Shown here in pieces: positions 57,902 to 64,000 of a stretch of DNA of 64,000 nt (positions are counted from its first letter, which is position 1; every line of letters begins with the position of its first letter). The notes beneath the pieces were generated by a model. That model was given only the letters and a program-made list of their open reading frames with translations. It was not told the origin of the DNA and made no database searches. The position numbers were made by a program, and so were the translations under genes. Source of the stretch: Candidatus Sulfomarinibacteraceae bacterium (lineage in GTDB: Bacteria; Acidobacteriota; Thermoanaerobaculia; Thermoanaerobaculales; Sulfomarinibacteraceae); contig CAWCLO010000001.1 of the NCBI GenBank assembly GCA_963796455.1, positions 288,001 to 352,000 on the forward strand, written 5' to 3'.

Positions 57902-58503
57902 GACGAACTCCCTTCAATATCCGGTTTTTTTGTCGGAACCGGGGGCACCTTGCCGCCTCCGCTCCCACCGGCCCACTGCAATGAACGCGAAACGCTCCGA
58001 ATCGTCGTCGCCACGGCATCGTCCTCGATCACCCGCGCCCGGGCCACGCGCTCGGCGCGGCGGGTCATGTCCGCCACATACGCCAATGCCAGGCGGGCTT
58101 CCGCCGCAGCCCGCTCGGCCTCCATTTGACTGACCGTGGGTTGCGGGGCCCGGTTCCACAGCGACACGACCAACAACAACACTGCTGCCGCTACAGCAAC
58201 AGCAATTTTCGGACCGTGGCGAAACAACCCGCCGGTAACGAATCGACCCGAAACCGACGGCGCATCGTTTCGGGTCGCCCGTTCGACTTCGGACAGCAGG
58301 GTCTCGGGGAGGTCGAGCATGGGCAGAGCCCTCAGCTGAGCCCGAATCTCCTCGGAGTGTCGCCGTTCGGCGGCGCAATCGGCACAGCTTTCGAGATGGG
58401 CCTCGACAGCAGCTGTCTCCGTCGCCCCCAGCTCACCATCAATCAGGCTTTCGATTACTTTGATGATCTCGATACAGCTGACCGAATCAACAAACGGCGA
58501 CAT
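57898..58503 (-). CDS. zf-HC2 anti-sigma factor
   Basis: C...LIDGEL...HLESCADC, followed by a TM helix. Confidence 0.85.
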   Translation of the reverse strand: MSPFVDSVSCIEIIKVIESLIDGELGATETAAVEAHLESCADCAAERRHSEEIRAQLRALPMLDLPETLLSEVERATRNDAPSVSGRFVTGGLFRHGPKIAVAVAAAVLLLVVSLWNRAPQPTVSQMEAERAAAEARLALAYVADMTRRAERVARARVIEDDAVATTIRSVSRSLQWAGGSGGGKVPPVPTKKPDIEGSSS

Positions 58504-59017
58504 GATCGACCACCTCCTCGAGTTCTTGTCGGAGTTTTCGCCTGCCGCGGTGGAGGCTGACCCGGACGGTGCTGATCGGGATCCGCAACACCTCGGAAAT
58601 TTCCTGATAGGGCAAACCGTGAACCTCGCGCAGGATCACGATGCTTCGTTGTGGCTCGGCCAGACGTTGCAAAGCGACGATGATCCGGTGGCCGAGTTGG
58701 GAAGCCTGGGCCAGCCTTTCCGGTCCAGGCGAGACCAATTCCTGCTCACCGTGATGTCTCGCGGCTACCACTTCCAGCGGGGCGACTGTTTTTCGACGTC
58801 GAATGAGGTCGATGCAGGCGTTCCGCGTGACCCGCAGAAGCCACGCTCCGATGCGCTCTGTGGCCACCTCGTCGCCCCGCCGCCACAGCCGAATCAGAAC
58901 TTCCTGAGTCACGTCCTCCGCCTCTCCGTGGTCACCGAGCAGATAAGCAGCCAGAGTGAAGACCCTCCTGCTGTGTTCCTGTACTGCTGCGTCGAAAACC
59001 GATCGCCTCATTCGCAT
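58487..59017 (-). CDS. ECF RNA polymerase sigma factor
   Basis: AEDVTQEV, WLLRVTRNACID, YQEISEVL, TVRVSLHRGR. Confidence 0.92.
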   Translation of the reverse strand: MRMRRSVFDAAVQEHSRRVFTLAAYLLGDHGEAEDVTQEVLIRLWRRGDEVATERIGAWLLRVTRNACIDLIRRRKTVAPLEVVAARHHGEQELVSPGPERLAQASQLGHRIIVALQRLAEPQRSIVILREVHGLPYQEISEVLRIPISTVRVSLHRGRRKLRQELEEVVDHVAVC

Positions 59018-59022
59018 TGAAA

Positions 59023-59049
59023 GACGTACTCCCCCTCCAGAAAGTTACA
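59023..59049 (-). promoter_or_regulatory. Putative ECF autoregulatory promoter
   Basis: TGTAAC - 17 nt - CGTC on minus strand, immediately before the sigma ATG. Confidence 0.45.
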
Positions 59050-59228
59050 CCCCGACCGAAACCGGAGAACGAAAAACCCGTATTTCAAGAGGGAATTAGC
59101 CGATATGCAATCCTCCCGACGAGTCTCTCCGGAGATCGGATCCAGTCGGCCGGCGTCCGATGCCGGCCCGAATTTCTTGTCGCCGCCGGGCGACGTCCGG
59201 GCCCCAGTTGCCCGAAAGGAGACCAAAT

Positions 59229-60707
59229 ATGAAGACCCCGAAAACCGTGTTGTCAATTGTTGCGGTGGCCTGCCTCGGGCTTGTCGCCTGCGGCGGATCC
59301 CACCACCCCGAGACGAGCGCTTCGGCTGAGAAAATCGAGATCACGACCTCATCCGAGGCGGCTCGAGAGTCCTTTCTCAAAGGCCGAAAGCTGCTCGAGG
59401 ATCTGAGGTTCACCGATGCCAATGAGCACTTTCAGGCCGCGGTCGAAACCGATCCTGATTTTGCATCGGCATGGGTCGGGGTCGCCAACACCTCCGCCAG
59501 CGCCCCCGAATTCTTTGCCGCCATGCGCCACGCCATCGATCACATGGAGGGCGCCAGTGAAGGCGAAAAAATGCAGATCCGGGCCTTCGAAGCAGCGGTC
59601 AACGGCGAACCGGAGATCCAGCTTGCCCAGATTCAGGCCCTGGTCGAAGCATTTCCAAATGACGAAAGAGCCCACAACGCGATGGCCGCCTATCATTTTG
59701 GCCGACAAGAGTATGATTCGGCGATCGCCGAGTACCGCGCCGCCATCGCCATCGATCCGACTTATGCTCCTCCCTACAATCAGCTCGGATACGCGCTTCG
59801 TTCGATCGGAGACTATGCCGGCGCCGAAGAGGCTTTTGTCCGTTATACCGAACTCATTCCCGACCAACCCAATCCATATGATTCCTATGCCGAATTGCTG
59901 ATGAAAACAGGTCGTTTCGACGACTCCATCAGCCAGTATCAAAAGGCCCTCGAGATCAACCCGAATTTCGTCGCGTCCTATGTTGGTATCGCCAACAACC
60001 AGATGCTGATGGGCGAAACCGAGGCGGCACGATCGACGCTCGCGCGGCTCGAGGGTGCGGCGCGAAATGACGGCGAACGACGGCAGGCGTGCACCTGGTC
60101 AGCCGCAAGTTATTTGTACGACGGTGAATTCGATCAAGCTCTGGCCGAGGTCAAGCGGCGCTACGAGATCGCCAAAGCAACGGAAGACAACCCCGCCATG
60201 TCCGCCGACCTCAACCTCCAGGGAAATATTCTGCTCCGTGCCGGTCGAACCGACGGGGCTGAAACGGCATTCAAGACGAGTGTGGATCTCATGCTCGCAT
60301 CGGATGCGACCGATGAGGTCAAAGCTGCGACCGAACGAAATCACGATTTCAATATGGCCCGGGTTGCTCTGTGGCGGGGAGACGTGGATTCGGCGACCGC
60401 GCACGCGGACACCTATCGAAAGGCTGTGGCTGAACACAACATCCGTTTCGAGGTGTTTCAACGCCATATGCTCGATGGCAGCCTGGCGCTGGCCGCGGGA
60501 GATACCGAAACTGCAATCTCGGAATTCAACCAGGCAAACCAACAGGATTCGAGGGTGTTGCTCTTGAAGGCCCAGGCTTTTGCCGCCGCGGGCAACGAGC
60601 AAGCTGCACGAGCGGCCTGCCAAGCGGTCATTGACTTCAACCAACTCGACATCAATCTTGGATTCACACGCAACAACGCTCGGAGCATTCTGGACGGGCT
60701 GTCATAG
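59229..60707 (+). CDS. TPR lipoprotein
   Basis: AAGGAG RBS; LGLVA-C lipobox; TTSSEAA; TPRs including NPYDSYAE. Confidence 0.85.
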   Translation: MKTPKTVLSIVAVACLGLVACGGSHHPETSASAEKIEITTSSEAARESFLKGRKLLEDLRFTDANEHFQAAVETDPDFASAWVGVANTSASAPEFFAAMRHAIDHMEGASEGEKMQIRAFEAAVNGEPEIQLAQIQALVEAFPNDERAHNAMAAYHFGRQEYDSAIAEYRAAIAIDPTYAPPYNQLGYALRSIGDYAGAEEAFVRYTELIPDQPNPYDSYAELLMKTGRFDDSISQYQKALEINPNFVASYVGIANNQMLMGETEAARSTLARLEGAARNDGERRQACTWSAASYLYDGEFDQALAEVKRRYEIAKATEDNPAMSADLNLQGNILLRAGRTDGAETAFKTSVDLMLASDATDEVKAATERNHDFNMARVALWRGDVDSATAHADTYRKAVAEHNIRFEVFQRHMLDGSLALAAGDTETAISEFNQANQQDSRVLLLKAQAFAAAGNEQAARAACQAVIDFNQLDINLGFTRNNARSILDGLS

Positions 60708-60766
60708 AATTCATTTGCATTGGAACCAGAAATCCAATAGCCCCCAGATTCCGGAGGTCAGATTCA

Positions 60767-61357
60767 GTGCGCCAAACCATTTACGTGCTGCTTGTGCTCG
60801 CCCTCTTCATCGTAGGCCCGACCGATGCCCAGGACATGAAGGAGAACAGTCTCGGGATCGATCATGATGCATTGCCCGTCGCAGTGGATGGATGGGACGG
60901 GGTGCAGAACGGCGTCTACCAAGACGGCCGGGTCTATATTGCCGGACAACCCGACGAAGCAGCGTTCAAGAGGTTTCAGGACCTAGGTGTCAACGTGGTC
61001 ATCAACCTGAGGCCACCACGCGAAATGGACAATCGCGAACGAGTGCCCTTCGACGAGGCAGCGGTGCTCGAGGAACTCGATCTGCAGTACGTTCAGATTC
61101 CACTCGGCGGCGAAGCATATCCCTACAATCGACAGGCCGTAGATCAATTTGCAGAGGTCTTGGCGAAACACAACGGACCGATCCTGTTGCACTGCACCGT
61201 CGCCTGGAGGGCGAGCTATATGTGGGCCGCGTACCTGATCCTTCATCATGATTTCACGCTCGAGGACGCGCTGGCCAGGGGTGAGGCCATCGCCATCAGT
61301 CCTCCGCCGCTGGAGGGTCTCCTTGGTAAGGACCTGACGTTGAGCTACGCGGAATAG
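60767..61357 (+). CDS. Exported DUF442/PTP-like (Cx5R) protein
   Basis: IAGQP, VINLR, LLHCTVAWRA. Confidence 0.75.
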   Translation: MRQTIYVLLVLALFIVGPTDAQDMKENSLGIDHDALPVAVDGWDGVQNGVYQDGRVYIAGQPDEAAFKRFQDLGVNVVINLRPPREMDNRERVPFDEAAVLEELDLQYVQIPLGGEAYPYNRQAVDQFAEVLAKHNGPILLHCTVAWRASYMWAAYLILHHDFTLEDALARGEAIAISPPPLEGLLGKDLTLSYAE

Positions 61358-61560
61358 ACCTCTCATCAAAAGGTGCCGCGGCCTATGCGGCCCAACTGCT
61401 CTTGCGGTACTATATGAATAGCGGTGATGACACCCTATCAACGGCAATAGAGCGTACCTGACGGCTGCTCGCGGATCGGCGGACGCGGCCGACCGCCAAC
61501 CTGGGAAGCACGTCGGCACTGCCACGGAGCCGTCAAGTCGACAGCTGGGAGAGAGAGTCT

Positions 61561-64000
61561 GTGAGCACGGATTCTGGAGTGACAGGTTACAACGAGGAAC
61601 GGGCGCTGCTCAAGCGCTATCTTTCGGATGAGATCGCGCCACTGATTTTCGCCAACAACGCCTCGGATCTATTCGAAATACCGACCTACGTGGTCGCCAG
61701 CGAAATCCACTCGTGGATCGGCGATCAGATCCGCGGGTCCTCGAACATGACGACGGCCGACCTCATCTATCACGCCGCCACAAAGCTCCACCAGCTCGGT
61801 ATGCTCGAGCTGATCCCCAAAGAAGAGATCAACGCCTATATTTCTCGGATTCAACCAAATCTCCTGGAAATTTGTCCCGCCGAGCAGCGCCAGGGTCTCG
61901 AAGAGAATTTCAGCCACCTCGAGAGAAGCACGTCGATCGGTGGCGGAAAGGTCGAGGTGCTCCACAAACAGGGCGGAGGAGGACCGGGCCAATCGGGAGG
62001 TTCTGGTGGGCAGCATCAACCAGCCGGCCCCGGGGGCGGCGGGTATGCGGGAGCTCAGGGCGGAGCCGCACCTTCAGCGGCTGGATCAAATGCGAACGCG
62101 GGCCCCGCGGCGGCGGCCGACCCTGCCTCCATGCAGCGACTCAACCTCCTGCTCGACCAACTCCAGCGACTTCCCGCCTCCAGGGAGCCCGGTGCAGAAC
62201 CGGGTGCGGCTCCTGCCGGCGACAGCAGGGTTCTGGCTCATGTGGTGGAAGAGGTGGCCGCCCAGGCGGGCAGCTCCAAAGAACTCGAAACCCAACTAGG
62301 TTTCCTACAGGATCTCGGGGTAGCAAGCCTCGGATCGGGCATCTTTCAACTGCTGAGCCAGGGCCTACCCGACTGGGCTCCCCCAGCCGGCGGCGATAGC
62401 AACGCCGAATCACCCGTCAGCGCAGCCCGTGCGATGCGGAAGGTGGTCAAGCTTTCCCAAGACCGGGAGGAACTCGGAAAACGATTCAAGGAGCTCGTCG
62501 ATGTGGCCATCGATGAGTGTAACGGTGGGTCTCTGGGCCGCGCCGTCACAATGCTCGATCTGGCCGATCGAATGGTCTCGCAAAATGACGTCGATTCGGC
62601 GCTGGCCGCGGCGGTGGTCACCCAGAGTGCGGAACAGCTCGACCGAAAACAGCTCTATGCCTTTGCCGAAGACAGCAACAAAGCATCACTGCTGCGCCGG
62701 CTGCTGACCTTTTTCCCCAGTCTGCGGGTCGAACCGCTGCTCGAGGCGCTCGCAGAGAACGAGGATCGCGAAGAGCGCATGGAGATCCTCAAACTCCTTC
62801 GAGCCCACGGTGAGGAGGCGCGCCAGGAGGCGGTCAGCGCCCTCGACGAATCGGTCAACGGGGCGAATCAGTTGCCGTGGCACGTAGAGCGCAATCTCCT
62901 CTTTCTGATGCGCGCCATCCCCCGCTCCGAAGAGGATGATCTCGAACACGAGATCGATCTCCTGAACCGTACCTCAGACATCGGCGGTCCGACGCCGGTG
63001 GTCCGTGAAAGCTTGACATCCCTGGTCCAAATGGACAATCCACGGGCCTTGGTTACCGTCGACGCTCGTATCACCGAACTCGAAGACGGGCTCCTCGGCA
63101 AAGCCAAGCTTCCAATCGATCTCAAGGAGGCGCGCTGGCTCCACACCCATGCCTTCAAACAGCTTGCTCTCAGTGAATCACCCCAGGCGACGGAGATCGT
63201 CATCAACCACGGACTCACGGGTGAAACGGAACTCGGCGACACCTACGGCCGCATTGCCCAACTCGGTTCACAGGACCTCTCCAACTCCCCGGAGCAGGTG
63301 AAGCGATTGGTCGACGCTCTCGAAAACGAGTTGCCGAGGAGATTCCTCGGCGTTTCGCGCAAGAACGAACGCAAAAGCCAGGTGGTGGAACATCTCATCA
63401 CCGCCGTATCCGGCACGAACACACCCTTGGTGCAAAAGACCTTGGGCGAAATCGCTCGCAAATATACCGATCAGCCCTTCTCTACCAGCGCAGGGCGAGC
63501 CCTCGAACAAATGGGCTCATCGGTGGCCGAGAAATCGAAATCAGCAAAGAACCTGGCGACTTTGAGTGGTGACCTCGGTCTCTTCGGGCTCCCCAATCTC
63601 CTGCAAAACCTCGCCGACAGCAGGCTCGCCGGGACCATCAAGATCTTCGGTTCGGGTGGCACGGATCTGGCGGCGGTTGAACTGGATCAGACCATCCTCG
63701 TGTCGGCCAGCTACGGAAAGCTCTCGAACGATCTCGCGGTCTACCAACTCCTGGAAATCCCCGCTGAAGGACGCTTCGAATTCCACAGTCGCAGTGAATC
63801 CGAAGAATCGAAAAGCTACCCTGACGACGCGCACTCGGTCACTTCTCTGTTGCTCGAAGGCATGCGCCGCTACGACGAGTTCCAGAGGGCCGCCTCGCTG
63901 GTTCCGGATGACGCCCGTTTCAAACCAGCCAACAAGAAACCGAGCGATGTCAAAGAGGATGGCGACCCAAAGCTGGCCAAGGCGGTGTGGACCAAGGCTG
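61561..64000 (+). CDS. Large HEAT-like helical protein with C-terminal DUF4388 domain (runs off window end)
   Basis: Manual translation from GTG at 61561 is open to the end: RYLSDEIAPL, Gly-rich linker, WHVERNLL, LSGDLGLFGLPNLLQNL, LLLEGMRRYDE. Confidence 0.8.
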   Translation, partial: MSTDSGVTGYNEERALLKRYLSDEIAPLIFANNASDLFEIPTYVVASEIHSWIGDQIRGSSNMTTADLIYHAATKLHQLGMLELIPKEEINAYISRIQPNLLEICPAEQRQGLEENFSHLERSTSIGGGKVEVLHKQGGGGPGQSGGSGGQHQPAGPGGGGYAGAQGGAAPSAAGSNANAGPAAAADPASMQRLNLLLDQLQRLPASREPGAEPGAAPAGDSRVLAHVVEEVAAQAGSSKELETQLGFLQDLGVASLGSGIFQLLSQGLPDWAPPAGGDSNAESPVSAARAMRKVVKLSQDREELGKRFKELVDVAIDECNGGSLGRAVTMLDLADRMVSQNDVDSALAAAVVTQSAEQLDRKQLYAFAEDSNKASLLRRLLTFFPSLRVEPLLEALAENEDREERMEILKLLRAHGEEARQEAVSALDESVNGANQLPWHVERNLLFLMRAIPRSEEDDLEHEIDLLNRTSDIGGPTPVVRESLTSLVQMDNPRALVTVDARITELEDGLLGKAKLPIDLKEARWLHTHAFKQLALSESPQATEIVINHGLTGETELGDTYGRIAQLGSQDLSNSPEQVKRLVDALENELPRRFLGVSRKNERKSQVVEHLITAVSGTNTPLVQKTLGEIARKYTDQPFSTSAGRALEQMGSSVAEKSKSAKNLATLSGDLGLFGLPNLLQNLADSRLAGTIKIFGSGGTDLAAVELDQTILVSASYGKLSNDLAVYQLLEIPAEGRFEFHSRSESEESKSYPDDAHSVTSLLLEGMRRYDEFQRAASLVPDDARFKPANKKPSDVKEDGDPKLAKAVWTKA

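Noticed and set aside
61440..61560. Cobalamin or c-di-GMP riboswitch (CTGGGAAG)
   Set aside because: Other conserved core motifs are absent.

Overview
GC-rich bacterial chromosomal window. The gene content (many exported peptidases, TPR proteins, 'FxDGFE' motif proteins) suggests Acidobacteriota/Thermoanaerobaculia, but this is inference. About 45 CDS: AddA/AddB-like helicase-nuclease pair, SppA, beta-propeller and beta-helix exported proteins, ABC1/AarF kinase, a Fur-family regulator / MauG-like diheme / Tat metallophosphoesterase / His-Cys cytochrome operon, Ser/Thr kinase-TPR, S41/M64/M28 peptidases, an apparently exported AmmeMemoRadiSam + DUF362 cluster, LepB, UbiD, a GAF-PAS-GGDEF-EAL protein, PhaR-patatin, ECF sigma/anti-sigma/DUF4252 and a DUF4388 protein. 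I found no rRNA, tRNA, CRISPR array, transposase, integrase or reverse transcriptase. The intergenic DNA is the most unusual part. It holds four copies of one structured element family: one carries a four-helix-bundle gene whose Shine-Dalgarno and start codon are locked in a long hairpin, and three are gene-less, with a REP doublet in place of the gene. There is also a 120-bp palindrome present as filled and empty alleles, a cluster of 9-mer-period inverted arms, 6-8-mer tandem-repeat arms, and a candidate 113-nt sRNA with its own promoter. Three genes are frameshifted, possibly through sequencing error.
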